Translations under genes and position numbers: made by a program | The notes under the pieces: model-generated | What the model saw: only the letters and a program-made list of their open reading frames with translations | Databases searched by the model: none | What the model was told of the DNA's origin: nothing | Part shown: one piece after another, positions 1 to 15,200 of the stretch | Numbering within the stretch: position 1 is the stretch's first letter | Layout: each line of letters starts with the position of its first letter | Assembly: GCA_950097015.1 (NCBI GenBank) | Contig: CATNEN010000028.1 | Location: 1-64,000 of the forward strand | Length of the DNA: 64,000 nucleotides | Reading direction: 5' to 3' | From: Macrostomum hystrix | Lineage: Eukaryota; Animalia; Platyhelminthes

Positions 1-1
1 C

Positions 2-200
2 AACGAATACAAAAAGCGGTTTACTAAATATCGCAACTACTAAAATCACAAACTCAAAACTCACCTCATTAAATGTGTTTGTAAAATTATTTTTTTTATA
101 ATCATCGTAAACTTCATCAAAAAAACTAAAAATATAACCTCACTTTTGCGCTTCGCAGGATTATTACTCGTACATCATATACAGCTGAGAGCAATGATAA
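2..200 (+). repeat. Left outer unique segment of the terminal inverted repeat
   Basis: aacgaatacaaaaagcggt...gagagcaatgataa matches the reverse complement of 34646-34844. Confidence 0.93.
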
Positions 201-3200
201 GGAAGGAAACATTATCTGTGAACACGGCTGTAAAAATTTCAGAGCCCTGACGTGTCGCGTCTCGGAGTTGTAGACCCTCCGAGTCCCCCCCACTCTGATA
301 TCTCCCATTTTAAAAGTACTTTTCGTCACCTCACTGAATCTGGTGGTCAAAAGAAGCTGAAAACTCAGATCTGGAAGGAAACATTATCTGTGAACACGGC
401 TGTAAAATTTCAGAGCCCTGACTAGTCGCGTCTCGGAGTTGTAGACCCTCGAGTCCCCCCCACTCTGATATCTCCCATTTTAAAAGTACTTTTCGTCACT
501 CACTGAATCTGGTGGTCAGACGAGGCTAAAAACTCAGATCTGGAAGGAAACATTATCTGTGAACACGGCTGTAAAATTTCAGAGCCCTGACTAGTCGCGT
601 CTCGGAGTTGTAGACCCTCGAGTCCCCCCCACTCTGATATCTCCCATTTTAAAAGTACTTTTCGTCACCTCACTGAATCTGGTGGTCAGACGAGGCTAAA
701 AAACTCAGATCTGGAGGAAACATTATCTGTGAACACGGCTGTAAAATTTCAGAGCCCTGACTATTCGCGTCTCGGAGTTGTAGACCCTCGAGTCCCCCCC
801 ACTCTGATATCTCCCATTTTAAAAGTACTTTTCGTCACCTCACTGAATCTGGTGGTCAAAAGAAGCTGAAAACTCAGATCTGGAAGGAAACATTATCTGT
901 GAACACGGCTGTAAAATTTCAGAGCCCTGACTAGTCGCGTCTCGGAGTTGTAGACCCTCGAGTCCCCCCCACTCTGATATCTCCCATTTTAAAGTACTTT
1001 TCGTCACCTCACTGAATCTGGTGGTCAGACGAGGCTAAAACTTAGATCTGGAAGGAAACATTATCTGTAAACACGGCTGTAAAATTTCAGAGCCCTGACT
1101 ATTCGCGTCTCGAGTTGTAGACCCTCGAGTCCCCCCCACTCTGATATCTCCCATTTTAAAAGTACTTTTCGTCACCTCACTGAATCTGGTGGTCAAAAGA
1201 AGCTGAAAACTCAGATCTGGAAGGAAACATTATCTGTAAACACGGCTGTAAAATTTCAGAGCCCTGACTATTCGCGTCTCGGAGTTGTAGACCCTCGAGT
1301 CCCCCCCCACTCTGATATCTCCCATTTTAAAAGTACTTTTCGTCACCTCACTGAATCTGGTGGTCAAAAGAAGCTGAAACCTCAGATCTGGAAGGAAACA
1401 TTATCTGTAAACACGGCTGTAAAATTTCAGAGCCCTGACTATTCGCGTCTCGGAGTTGTAGACCCTCGAGTCCCCCCCACTCTGATATCTCCCATTTTAA
1501 AAGTACTTTTCGTCACCTCACTGAATCTGGTGGTCAAAAGAAGCTGAAAACTCAGATCTGGAAGGAAACATTATCTGTGAACACGGCTGTAAAATTTCAG
1601 AGCCCTGACTAGTCGCGTCTCGGAGTTGTAGACCCTCGAGTCCCCCCCACTCTGATATCTCCCATTTTAAAAGTACTTTTCGTCACCTCACTGAATCTGG
1701 TGGTCAAAGAAAGCTGAAAACTCAGATCTGGAAGGAAACATTATCTGTGAACACGGCTGTAAAATTTCAGAGCCCTGACTAGTCACGTCTCGGAGTTGTA
1801 GACCCTCGAGTCCCCCCCACTCTGATATCTCCCATTTTAAAAGTACTTTTCGTCACCTCACTGAATCTGGTGGTCAAAGAAGCTGAAAACTCAGATCTGA
1901 AGGAAACATTATCTGTGAACACGGCTGTAAAATTTCAGAGCCCTGACTAGTCGCGTCTCGGAGTTGTAGACCCTCGAGTCCCCCCCACTCTGATATCTCC
2001 CATTTTAAAAGTACTTTTCGTCACCTCACTGAATCTGGTGGTCAGACGAGGCTAAAAACTCAGATCTGGAAGGAAACATTATCTGTGAACACGGCTGTAA
2101 AATTTCAGAGCCCTGACTATTCGCGTCTCGGAGTTGTAGACCCTCGAGTCCCCCCCACTCTGATATCTCCCATTTTTAAAAGTACTTTTCGTCACCTCAC
2201 TGAATCTGGTGGTCAAAAGAAGCTGAAAACTCAGATCTGGAAGGAAACATTATCTGTGAACACGGCTGTAAAATTTCAGAGCCCTGACTAGTCGCGTCTC
2301 GGAGTTGTAGACCCTCGAGTCCCCCCCACTCTGATATCTCCCATTTTAAAAGTACTTTTCGTCACCTCACTGAATCTGGTGGTCAGACGAGGCTAAAAAC
2401 TTAGATCTGGAAGGAAACATTATCTGTAAACACGGCTGTAAAATTTCAGAGCCCTGACTATTCGCGTCTCGGAGGTTGTAGACCCTCGAGTCCCCCCCAC
2501 TCTGATATCTCCCATTTAAAAGTACTTTTCGTCACCCTCACTGAATCTGGTGGTCAAAAGAAGCTGAAAAACTCAGATCTGGAAGGAAACATTATCTGTA
2601 AACACGGCTGTAAAATTTCAGAGCCCTGACTATTCGCGTCTCGGAGTTGTAGACCCTCGAGTCCCCCCCACTCTGATATCTCCCATTTTAAAAGTACTTT
2701 TCGTCACCTCACTGAATCTGGTGGTCAAAAGAAGCCTGAAAACTCAGATCTGGAAGGAAACATTATCTGTAAACACGGCTGTAAAATTTCAGAGCCCTGA
2801 CTATTCGCGTCTCGGAGTTGTAGACCCTCGAGTCCCCCCCACTCTGATATCTCCCATTTTAAAGTACTTTTCGTCACCTCACTGAATCTGGTGGTCAAAA
2901 GAAGCTGAAAACTCAGATCTGGAAGGAAACATTATCTGTGAACACGGCTGTAAAATTTCAGAGCCCTGACTAGTCGCGTCTCGGAGTTGTAGACCCTCGA
3001 GTCCCCCCCACTCTGATATCTCCCATTTTAAAAGTACTTTTCGTCACCTCACTGAATCTGGTGGTCAAAAGAAGCTGAAAACTCAGATCTGGAAGGAAAC
3101 ATTATCTGTGAACACGGCTGTAAAATTTCAGAGCCCTGACTAGTCACGTCTCGGAGTTGTAGGACCCTCGAGTCCCCCCACTCTGATATCTCCCATTTTA

Positions 3201-6200
3201 AAAGTACTTTTCGTCACCTCACTGAATCTGGTGGTCAGACGAGGCTAAAAACTCAGATCTGGAAGGAAACATTATCTGTAAACACGGCTGTAAAATTTCA
3301 GAGCCCTGACTATTCGCGTCTCGGAGTTGTAGACCCTCGAGTCCCCCCCACTCTGATATCTCCCATTTTAAAAGTACTTTCGTCACCTCACTGAATCTGG
3401 TGGTCAAAAGAAGCTGAAAACTCAGATCTGGAAGGAAACATTATCTGTGAACACGGCTGTAAAATTTCAGAGCCCTGACTAGTCGCGTCTCGGAGTTGTA
3501 GACCCTCGAGTCCCCCCCACTCTGATATCTCCCATTTTAAAAGTACTTTTCGTCCACCTCACTGAATCTGGTGGTCAGACGAGGCTAAAACTTAGATCTG
3601 GAAGGAAACATTATCTGTAAACACGGCTGTAAAATTTCAGAGCCCTGACTATTCGCGTCTCGGAGTTGTAGACCCTCGAGTCCCCCCCACTCTGATATCT
3701 CCCATTTTAAAAGTACTTTTCGTCACCTCACTGAATCTGGTGGTCAAAAGAAGCTGAAAACTCAGATCTGGAAGGAAACATTATCTGTAAACACGGCTGT
3801 AAATTTTCAGAGCCCTGACTATTCGCGTCTCGGAGTTGTAGACCCCTCGAGTCCCCCCCACTCTGATATCTCCCATTTTAAAAGTACTTTTCGTCACCTC
3901 ACTGAATCTGGTGGTCAAAAGAAGCTGAAAAACTCAGATCTGGAAGGATAACATTATCTGTGAACACGGCTGTAAAATTTCAGAGCCCTGACTAGTCGCG
4001 TCTCGGAGTTGTAGACCCTCGAGTCCCCCCACTCTGATATCTCCCATTTTAAAAGTACTTTTCGTCACCTCACTGAATCTGGTGGTCAGACGAGGCTAAA
4101 AACTCAGATCTGGAAGGAAACATTATCTGTAAACACGGCTGTAAAATTTCAGAGCCCTGACTAGTCGCGTCTCGGAGTTGTAGACCCTCGAGTCCCCCCC
4201 ACTCTGATATCTCCCATTTTAAAAGTACTTTTCGTCACCTCACTGAATCTGGTGGTCAAAAGAAGCTGAAAACTCAGATCTGGAAGGAAACATTATCTGT
4301 GAACACGGCTGTAAAATTTCAGAGCCCTGACTAGTCGCGTCTCGGAGTTGTAGACCCTCGAGTCCCCCCCCACTCTGATATCTCCCATTTTAAAAGTACT
4401 TTTCGTCACCTCACTGAATCTGGTGGTCAAAAGAAGCTGAAAACTCAGATCTGGAAGGAAACATTATCTGTAAACACGGCTGTAAAATTTCAGAGCCCTG
4501 ACTATTCGCGTCTCGGAGTTGTAGACCCTCGAGTCCCCCCCACTCTGATATCTCCCATTTTAAAAGTACTTTTCGTCACCTCACTGAATCTGGTGGTCAA
4601 AAGAAGCTGAAAACTCAGATCTGGAAGGAAACATTATCTGTAAACACGGCTGTAAAATTTCAGAGCCCTGACTATTCGCGTCTCGGAGTTGTAGACCCTC
4701 GAGTCCCCCCACTCTGATATCTCCCATTTTAAAAGTACTTTTCGTCACCTCACTGAATCTGGTGGTCAGACGAGGCTAAAAACTCAGATCTGGAAGGAAA
4801 CATTATCTGTAAACACGGCTGTAAAATTTCAGAGCCCTGACTAGTCGCGTCTCGGAGTTGTAGACCTCGAGTCCCCCCACTCTGATATCTCCATTTTAAA
4901 AAGTACTTTTCGTCACCTCACTGAATCTGGTGGTCAAAGAAGCTGAAAACTCAGATCTGGAAGGAAACATTATCTGTAAACACGGCTGTAAAATTTCAGA
5001 GCCCTGACTATTCGCGTCTCGGAGTTGTAGACCCTCGAGTCCCCCCACTCTGATATCTCCCATTTTAAAGTACTTTTCGTCACCTCACTGAATCTGGTGG
5101 TCAAAAGAAGCTGAAAACTCAGATCTGGAAGGAAACATTATCTGTAAACACGGCTGTAAAATTTCAGAGCCCTGACTATTCGCGTCTCGGAGTTGTAGAC
5201 CCTCGAGTCCCCCCCACTCTGATATCTCCCATTTTAAAAGTACTTTTCGTCACCTCACTGAATCTGGTGGTCAAAAGAAGCTGAAAACTCAGATCTGGAA
5301 GGAAACATTATCTGTAAACACGGCTGTAAAATTTCAGAGCCCTGACTATTCGCGTCTCGGAGTTGTAGACCCTCGAGTCCCCCCCACTCTGATATCTCCC
5401 ATTTTAAAAGTACTTTTCGTCACCTCACTGAATCTGGTGGTCAAAAAGAAGCTGAAAACTCAGATCTGGAAGGAAACATTATCTGTAAACACGCTGTAAA
5501 TTTCAGAGCCCTGACTATTCGCGTCTCGGAGTTGTATACCCTCGAGTCCCCCCCACTCTGATATCTCCATTTTAAAAGTACTTTTCGTCACCTCACTGAA
5601 TCTGGTGGTCAAAAGAAGCTGAAAACTCAGATCTGGAAGGAAACATTATCTGTGAACACGGCTGTAAAATTTCAGAGCCCTGACTATTCGCGTCTCGGAG
5701 TTGTAGACCCTCGAGTCCCCCCCACTCTGATATCTCCCATTTTAAAAGTACTTTTCGTCACCTCACTGAATCTGGTGGTCAAAAGAAGCTGAAAACTCAG
5801 ATCTGGAAGGAAACATTATCTGTGAACACGGCTGTAAAATTTCAGAGCCCTGACTAGTCGCGTCTCGGAGTTGTAGACCCTCGAGTCCCCCCCACTCTGA
5901 TATCTCCCATTTTAAAAGTACTTTTCGTCACCTCACTGAATCTGGTGGTCAGACGAGGCTGAAAACTCAGATCTGGAAGGAAACATTATCTGTAAACACG
6001 GCTGTAAAATTTCAGAGCCCTGACTATTCGCGTCTCGGAGTTGTAGACCCTCGAGTCCCCCCCACTCTGATATCTCCCATTTTAAAAGTACTTTTCGTCA
6101 CCTCACTGAATCTGGTGGTCAGACGAGGCTAAAAACTCAGATCTGGAAGGAAACATTATCTGTAAACACGGCTGTAAAATTTCAGAGCCCTGACTATTCG

Positions 6201-9200
6201 CGTCTCGGAGTTGTAGACCCCTCGAGTCCCCCCCACTCTGATATCTCCCATTTTAAAAGTACTTTTCGTCACCTCACTGAATCTGGTGGTCAAAAGAAGC
6301 TGAAAACTCAGATCTGGAAGGAAACATTATCTGTAAACACGGCTGTAAAATTTCAGAGCCCTGACTATTCGCGTCTCGGAGTTGTAGACCCTCGAGTCCC
6401 CCCCACTCTGATATCTCCCATTTTAAAAGTACTTTTCGTCACCTCACTGAATCTGGTGGTCAAAGAAGCTGAAAACTCAGATCTGGAAGGAAACATTATC
6501 TGTAAACACGGCTGTAAAATTTCAGAGCCCTGACTATTCGCGTCTCGGAGTTGTAGACCCTCGAGTCCCCCCCACTCTGATATCTCCCATTTTAAAGTAC
6601 TTTTCGTCACCTCACTGAATCTGGTGGTCAAAAGAAGCTGAAAACTCAGATCTGGAAGGAAACATTATCTGTGAACACGGCTGTAAAATTTCAGAGCCCT
6701 GACTAGTCGCGTCTCGGAGTTGTAGACCCTCGAGTCCCCCCCACTCTGATATCTCCCATTTTAAAAGTACTTTTCGTCACCTCACTGAATCTGGTGGTCA
6801 AAAGAAGCTGAAAACTCAGATCTGGAAGGAAACATTATCTGTGAACACGGCTGTAAAATTTCAGAGCCCTGACTAGTCACGTCTCGGAGTTGTAGACCCT
6901 CGAGTCCCCCCCACTCTGATATCTCCCATTTTAAAAGTACTTTTCGTCACCTCACTGAATCTGGTGGTCAGACGAGGCTAAAAAACTCAGATCTGGAAGG
7001 AAACATTATCTGTAAACACGGCTGTAAAATTTCAGAGCCCTGACTATTCGCGTCTCGGAGTTGTAGACCCTCGAGTCCCCCCCACTCTGATATCTCCCAT
7101 TTTAAAAGTACTTTTCGTCACCTCACTGAATCTGGTGGTCAAAAGAAGCTGAAAACTCAGATCTGGAAGGAAACATTATCTGTGAACACGGCTGTAAAAT
7201 TTCAGAGCCCTGACTAGTCGCGTCTCGGAGTTGTAGACCCTCGAGTCCCCCCCACTCTGATATCTCCCATTTTAAAAGTACTTTTCGTCACCTCACTGAA
7301 TCTGGTGGTCAGACGAGGCTAAAAACTTAGATCTGGAAGGAAACATTATCTGTAAACACGGCTGTAAAATTTCAGAGCCCTGACTATTCGCGTCTCGGAG
7401 TTGTAGACCCTCGAGTCCCCCCCCACTCTGATATCTCCCATTTTAAAAGTACTTTTCGTCACCTCACTGAATCTGGTGGTCAAAAGAAGCTGAAAACTCA
7501 GATCTGGAAGGAAACATTATCTGTAAACACGGCTGTAAAATTTCAGAGCCCTGACTATTCGCGTCTCGGAGTTGTAGACCCTCGAGTCCCCCCCACTCTG
7601 ATATCTCCCATTTTAAAAGTACTTTTCGTCACCTCACTGAATCTGGTGGTCAAAAGAAGCTGAAAACTCAGATCTGGAAGGAAACATTATCTGTGAACAC
7701 GGCTGTAAAATTTCAGAGCCCTGACTAGTCGCGTCTCGGAGTTGTAGACCCTCGAGTCCCCCCACTCTGATATCTCCCATTTTAAAAGTACTTTTCGTCA
7801 CCTCACTGAATCTGGTGGTCAGACGAGGCTAAAAACTCAGATCTGGAAGGAAACATTATCTGTAAACACGGCTGTAAAATTTCAGAGCCCTGACTAGTCG
7901 CGTCTCGGAGTTGTAGACCCTCGAGTCCCCCCACTCTGATATCTCCCATTTTAAAAGTACTTTTCGTCACCTCACTGAATCTGGTGGTCAAAAGAAGCTG
8001 AAAACTCAGATCTGGAAGGAAACATTATCTGTGAACACGGCTGTAAAATTTCAGAGCCCTGACTAGTCGCGTCTCGGAGTTGTAGACCCTCGAGTCCCCC
8101 CACTCTGATATCTCCCATTTTAAAAGTACTTTTCGTCACCTCACTGAATCTGGTGGTCAAAAGAAGCTGAAAACTCAGATCTGGAAGGAAACATTATCTG
8201 TAAACACGGCTGTAAAATTTCAGAGCCCTGACTATTCGCGTCTCGGAGTTGTAGACCCTCGAGTCCCCCCCACTCTGATATCTCCCATTTTAAAAGTACT
8301 TTTCGTCACCTCACTGAATCTGGTGGTCAAAAGAAGCTGAAAACTCAGATCTGGAAGGAAACATTATCTGTAAACACGGCTGTAAAATTTCAGAGCCCTG
8401 ACTATTCGCGTCTCGGAGTTGTAGACCCTCGAGTCCCCCCACTCTGATATCTCCCATTTTAAAAGTACTTTTCGTCACCTCACTGAATCTGGTGGTCAGA
8501 CGAGGCTAAAAACTCAGATCTGGAAGGAAACATTATCTGTAAACACGGCTGTAAAATTTCAGAGCCCTGACTAGTCGCGTCTCGGAGTTGTAGACCCTCG
8601 AGTCCCCCCCACTCTGATATCTCCCATTTTAAAAGTACTTTTCGTCACCTCACTGAATCTGGTGGTCAAAAGAAGCTGAAAACTCAGATCTGGAAGGAAA
8701 CATTATCTGTGAACACGGCTGTAAAATTTCAGAGCCCTGACTAGTCGCGTCTCGGAGTTGTAGACCCTCGAGTCCCCCCCACTCTGATATCTCCCATTTT
8801 AAAAGTACTTTTCGTCACCTCACTGAATCTGGTGGTCAGACGAGGCTAAAAACTTAGATCTGGAAGGAAACATTATCTGTAAACACGGCTGTAAAATTTC
8901 AGAGCCCTGACTATTCGCGTCTCGGAGTTGTAGACCCTCGAGTCCCCCCCACTCTGATATCTCCAATTTTAAAAGTACTTTTCGTCACCTCACTGAATCT
9001 GGTGGTCAAAAGAAGCTGAAAACTCAGATCTGGAAGGAAACATTATCTGTAAACACGGCTGTAAAATTTCAGAGCCCTGACTATTCGCGTCTCGGAGTTG
9101 TAGACCCTCGAGTCCCCCCCACTCTGATATCTCCCATTTTAAAAGTACTTTTCGTCACCTCACTGAATCTGGTGGTCAAAAGAAGCTGAAAACTCAGATC

Positions 9201-12200
9201 TGGAAGGAAACATTATCTGTAAACACGGCTGTAAAATTTCAGAGCCCTGACTATTCGCGTCTCGGAGTTGTAGACCCTCGAGTCCCCCCCACTCTGATAT
9301 CTCCCATTTTAAAAGTACTTTTCGTCACCTCACTGAATCTGGTGGTCAAAAGAAGCTGAAAACTCAGATCTGGAAGGAAACATTATCTGTAAACACGGCT
9401 GTAAAATTTCAGAGCCCTGACTAGTCGCGTCTCGGAGTTGTAGACCCTCGAGTCCCCCCCACTCTTATATCTCCCATTTTAAAAGTACTTTTCGTCACCT
9501 CACTGAATCTGGTGGTCAAAAGAAGCTGAAAACTCAGATCTGGAAGGAAACATTATCTGTGAACACGGCTGTAAAATTTCAGAGCCCTGACTAGTCGCGT
9601 CTCGGAGTTGTAGACCCTCGAGTCCCCCCCACTCTGATATCTCCCATTTTAAAAGTACTTTTCGTCACCTCACTGAATCTGGTGGTCAAAGAAGCTGAAA
9701 ACTCAGATCTGGAAGGAAACATTATCTGTGAACACGGCTGTAAAATTTCAGAGCCCTGACTAGTCACGTCTCGGAGTTGTAGACCCTCGAGTCCCCCCCA
9801 CTCTGATATCTCCCATTTTAAAAGTACTTTTCGTCACCTCACTGAATCTGGTGGTCAAAAGAAGCTGAAAACTCAGATCTGGAAGGAAACATTATCTGTA
9901 AACACGGCTGTAAAATTTCAGAGCCCTGACTATTCGCGTCTCGGAGTTGTAGACCCTCGAGTCCCCCCCACTCTGATATCTCCCATTTTAAAAGTACTTT
10001 TCGTCACCTCACTGAATCTGGTGGTCAAAAGAAGCTGAAAACTCAGATCTGGAAGGAAACATTATCTGTAAACACGGCTGTAAAATTTCAGAGCCCTGAC
10101 TATTCGCGTCTCGGAGTTGTATACCCTCGAGTCCCCCCCACTCTGATATCTCCCATTTTAAAAGTACTTTTCGTCACCTCACTGAATCTGGTGGTCAAAA
10201 GAAGCTGAAAACTCAGATCTGGAAGGAAACATTATCTGTGAACACGGCTGTAAAATTTCAGAGCCCTGACTATTCGCGTCTCGGAGTTGTAGACCCTCGA
10301 GTCCCCCCCACTCTGATATCTCCCATTTTAAAAGTACTTTTCGTCACCTCACTGAATCTGGTGGTCAAAAGAAGCTGAAAACTCAGATCTGGAAGGAAAC
10401 ATTATCTGTGAACACGGCTGTAAAATTTCAGAGCCCTGACTAGTCGCGTCTCGGAGTTGTAGACCCTCGAGTCCCCCCCACTCTGATATCTCCCATTTTA
10501 AAAGTACTTTTCGTCACCTCACTGAATCTGGTGGTCAGACGAGGCTAAAAACTCAGATCTGGAAGGAAACATTATCTGTAAACACGGCTGTAAAATTTCA
10601 GAGCCCTGACTATTCGCGTCTCGGAGTTGTAGACCCTCGAGTCCCCCCCACTCTGATATCTCCCATTTTAAAAGTACTTTTCGTCACCTCACTGAATCTG
10701 GTGGTCAGACGAGGCTAAAAACTTAGATCTGGAAGGAAACATTATCTGTAAACACGGCTGTAAAATTTCAGAGCCCTGACTATTCGCGTCTCGGAGTTGT
10801 AGACCCTCGAGTCCCCCCCACTCTGATATCTCCCATTTTAAAAGTACTTTTCGTCACCTCACTGAATCTGGTGGTCAAAAGAAGCTGAAAACTCAGATCT
10901 GGAAGGAAACATTATCTGTAAACACGGCTGTAAAATTTCAGAGCCCTGACTATTCGCGTCTCGGAGTTGTAGACCCTCGAGTCCCCCCCACTCTGATATC
11001 TCCCATTTTAAAAGTACTTTTCGTCACCTCACTGAATCTGGTGGTCAAAAGAAGCTGAAAACTCAGATCTGGAAGGAAACATTATCTGTAAACACGGCTG
11101 TAAAATTTCAGAGCCCTGACTATTCGCGTCTCGGAGTTGTAGACCCTCGAGTCCCCCCCCACTCTGATATCTCCCATTTTAAAAGTACTTTTCGTCACCT
11201 CACTGAATCTGGTGGTCAAAAGAAGCTGAAAACTCAGATCTGGAAGGAAACATTATCTGTAAACACGGCTGTAAAATTTCAGAGCCCTGACTATTCGCGT
11301 CTCGGAGTTGTAGACCCTCGAGTCCCCCCCACTCTGATATCTCCCATTTTAAAAGTACTTTTCGTCACCTCACTGAATCTGGTGGTCAAAAGAAGCTGAA
11401 AACTCAGATCTGGAAGGAAACATTATCTGTGAACACGGCTGTAAAATTTCAGAGCCCTGACTAGTCACGTCTCGGAGTTGTAGACCCTCGAGTCCCCCCA
11501 CTCTGATATCTCCCATTTTAAAAGTACTTTTCGTCACCTCACTGAATCTGGTGGTCAGACGAGGCTAAAAACTCAGATCTGGAAGGAAACATTATCTGTA
11601 AACACGGCTGTAAAATTTCAGAGCCCTGACTATTCGCGTCTCGGAGTTGTAGACCCTCGAGTCCCCCCCACTCTGATATCTCCCATTTTAAAAGTACTTT
11701 TCGTCACCTCACTGAATCTGGTGGTCAAAAGAAGCTGAAAACTCAGATCTGGAAGGAAACATTATCTGTGAACACGGCTGTAAAATTTCAGAGCCCTGAC
11801 TAGTCGCGTCTCGGAGTTGTAGACCCTCGAGTCCCCCCCACTCTGATATCTCCCATTTTAAAAGTACTTTTCGTCACCTCACTGAATCTGGTGGTCAGAC
11901 GAGGCTAAAAACTTAGATCTGGAAGGAAACATTATCTGTAAACACGGCTGTAAAATTTCAGAGCCCTGACTATTCGCGTCTCGGAGTTGTAGACCCTCGA
12001 GTCCCCCCCACTCTGATATCTCCCATTTTAAAAGTACTTTTCGTCACCTCACTGAATCTGGTGGTCAAAAGAAGCTGAAAACTCAGATCTGGAAGGAAAC
12101 ATTATCTGTAAACACGGCTGTAAAATTTCAGAGCCCTGACTATTCGCGTCTCGGAGTTGTAGACCCTCGAGTCCCCCCCACTCTGATATCTCCCATTTTA

Positions 12201-15200
12201 AAAGTACTTTTCGTCACCTCACTGAATCTGGTGGTCAAAAGAAGCTGAAAACTCAGATCTGGAAGGAAACATTATCTGTAAACACGGCTGTAAAATTTCA
12301 GAGCCCTGACTATTCGCGTCTCGGAGTTGTAGACCCTCGAGTCCCCCCCACTCTGATATCTCCCATTTTAAAAGTACTTTTCGTCACCTCACTGAATCTG
12401 GTGGTCAAAAGAAGCTGAAAACTCAGATCTGGAAGGAAACATTATCTGTGAACACGGCTGTAAAATTTCAGAGCCCTGACTAGTCGCGTCTCGGAGTTGT
12501 AGACCCTCGAGTCCCCCCACTCTGATATCTCCCATTTTAAAAGTACTTTTCGTCACCTCACTGAATCTGGTGGTCAGACGAGGCTAAAAACTCAGATCTG
12601 GAAGGAAACATTATCTGTAAACACGGCTGTAAAATTTCAGAGCCCTGACTAGTCGCGTCTCGGAGTTGTAGACCCTCGAGTCCCCCCCACTCTGATATCT
12701 CCCATTTTAAAAGTACTTTTCGTCACCTCACTGAATCTGGTGGTCAAAAGAAGCTGAAAACTCAGATCTGGAAGGAAACATTATCTGTGAACACGGCTGT
12801 AAAATTTCAGAGCCCTGACTAGTCGCGTCTCGGAGTTGTAGACCCTCGAGTCCCCCCCACTCTGATATCTCCCATTTTAAAAGTACTTTTCGTCACCTCA
12901 CTGAATCTGGTGGTCAAAAGAAGCTGAAAACTCAGATCTGGAAGGAAACATTATCTGTAAACACGGCTGTAAAATTTCAGAGCCCTGACTATTCGCGTCT
13001 CGGAGTTGTAGACCCTCGAGTCCCCCCCCACTCTGATATCTCCCATTTTAAAAGTACTTTTCGTCACCTCACTGAATCTGGTGGTCAAAAGAAGCTGAAA
13101 ACTCAGATCTGGAAGGAAACATTATCTGTAAACACGGCTGTAAAATTTCAGAGCCCTGACTATTCGCGTCTCGGAGTTGTAGACCCTCGAGTCCCCCCAC
13201 TCTGATATCTCCCATTTTAAAAGTACTTTTCGTCACCTCACTGAATCTGGTGGTCAGACGAGGCTAAAAACTCAGATCTGGAAGGAAACATTATCTGTAA
13301 ACACGGCTGTAAAATTTCAGAGCCCTGACTAGTCGCGTCTCGGAGTTGTAGACCCTCGAGTCCCCCCCACTCTGATATCTCCCATTTTAAAAGTACTTTT
13401 CGTCACCTCACTGAATCTGGTGGTCAGACGAGGCTAAAAACTCAGATCTGGAAGGAAACATTATCTGTAAACACGGCTGTAAAATTTCAGAGCCCTGACT
13501 AGTCGCGTCTCGGAGTTGTAGACCCTCGAGTCCCCCCCACTCTGATATCTCCCATTTTAAAAGTACTTTTCGTCACCTCACTGAATCTGGTGGTCAAAAG
13601 AAGCTGAAAACTCAGATCTGGAAGGAAACATTATCTGTGAACACGGCTGTAAAATTTCAGAGCCCTGACTAGTCGCGTCTCGGAGTTGTAGACCCTCGAG
13701 TCCCCCCCACTCTGATATCTCCCATTTTAAAAGTACTTTTCGTCACCTCACTGAATCTGGTGGTCAGACGAGGCTAAAAACTTAGATCTGGAAGGAAACA
13801 TTATCTGTAAACACGGCTGTAAAATTTCAGAGCCCTGACTATTCGCGTCTCGGAGTTGTAGACCCTCGAGTCCCCCCCACTCTGATATCTCCAATTTTAA
13901 AAGTACTTTTCGTCACCTCACTGAATCTGGTGGTCAAAAGAAGCTGAAAACTCAGATCTGGAAGGAAACATTATCTGTAAACACGGCTGTAAAATTTCAG
14001 AGCCCTGACTATTCGCGTCTCGGAGTTGTAGACCCTCGAGTCCCCCCCACTCTGATATCTCCCATTTTAAAAGTACTTTTCGTCACCTCACTGAATCTGG
14101 TGGTCAAAAGAAGCTGAAAACTCAGATCTGGAAGGAAACATTATCTGTAAACACGGCTGTAAAATTTCAGAGCCCTGACTATTCGCGTCTCGGAGTTGTA
14201 GACCCTCGAGTCCCCCCCACTCTGATATCTCCCATTTTAAAAGTACTTTTCGTCACCTCACTGAATCTGGTGGTCAAAAGAAGCTGAAAACTCAGATCTG
14301 GAAGGAAACATTATCTGTAAACACGGCTGTAAAATTTCAGAGCCCTGACTATTCGCGTCTCGGAGTTGTATACCCTCGAGTCCCCCCCACTCTGATATCT
14401 CCCATTTTAAAAGTACTTTTCGTCACCTCACTGAATCTGGTGGTCAGACGAGGCTAAAAACTCAGATCTGGAAGGAAACATTATCTGTGAACACGGCTGT
14501 AAAATTTCAGAGCCCTGACTAGTCGCGTCTCGGAGTTGTAGACCCTCGAGTCCCCCCCACTCTGATATCTCCCATTTTAAAAGTACTTTTCGTCACCTCA
14601 CTGAATCTGGTGGTCAGACGAGGCTAAAAACTTAGATCTGGAAGGAAACATTATCTGTAAACACGGCTGTAAAATTTCAGAGCCCTGACTATTCGCGTCT
14701 CGGAGTTGTAGACCCTCGAGTCCCCCCCACTCTGATATCTCCAATTTTAAAAGTACTTTTCGTCACCTCACTGAATCTGGTGGTCAAAAGAAGCTGAAAA
14801 CTCAGATCTGGAAGGAAACATTATCTGTAAACACGGCTGTAAAATTTCAGAGCCCTGACTATTCGCGTCTCGGAGTTGTAGACCCTCGAGTCCCCCCCAC
14901 TCTGATATCTCCCATTTTAAAAGTACTTTTCGTCACCTCACTGAATCTGGTGGTCAAAAGAAGCTGAAAACTCAGATCTGGAAGGAAACATTATCTGTAA
15001 ACACGGCTGTAAAATTTCAGAGCCCTGACTATTCGCGTCTCGGAGTTGTAGACCCTCGAGTCCCCCCCACTCTGATATCTCCCATTTTAAAAGTACTTTT
15101 CGTCACCTCACTGAATCTGGTGGTCAAAAGAAGCTGAAAACTCAGATCTGGAAGGAAACATTATCTGTAAACACGGCTGTAAAATTTCAGAGCCCTGACT

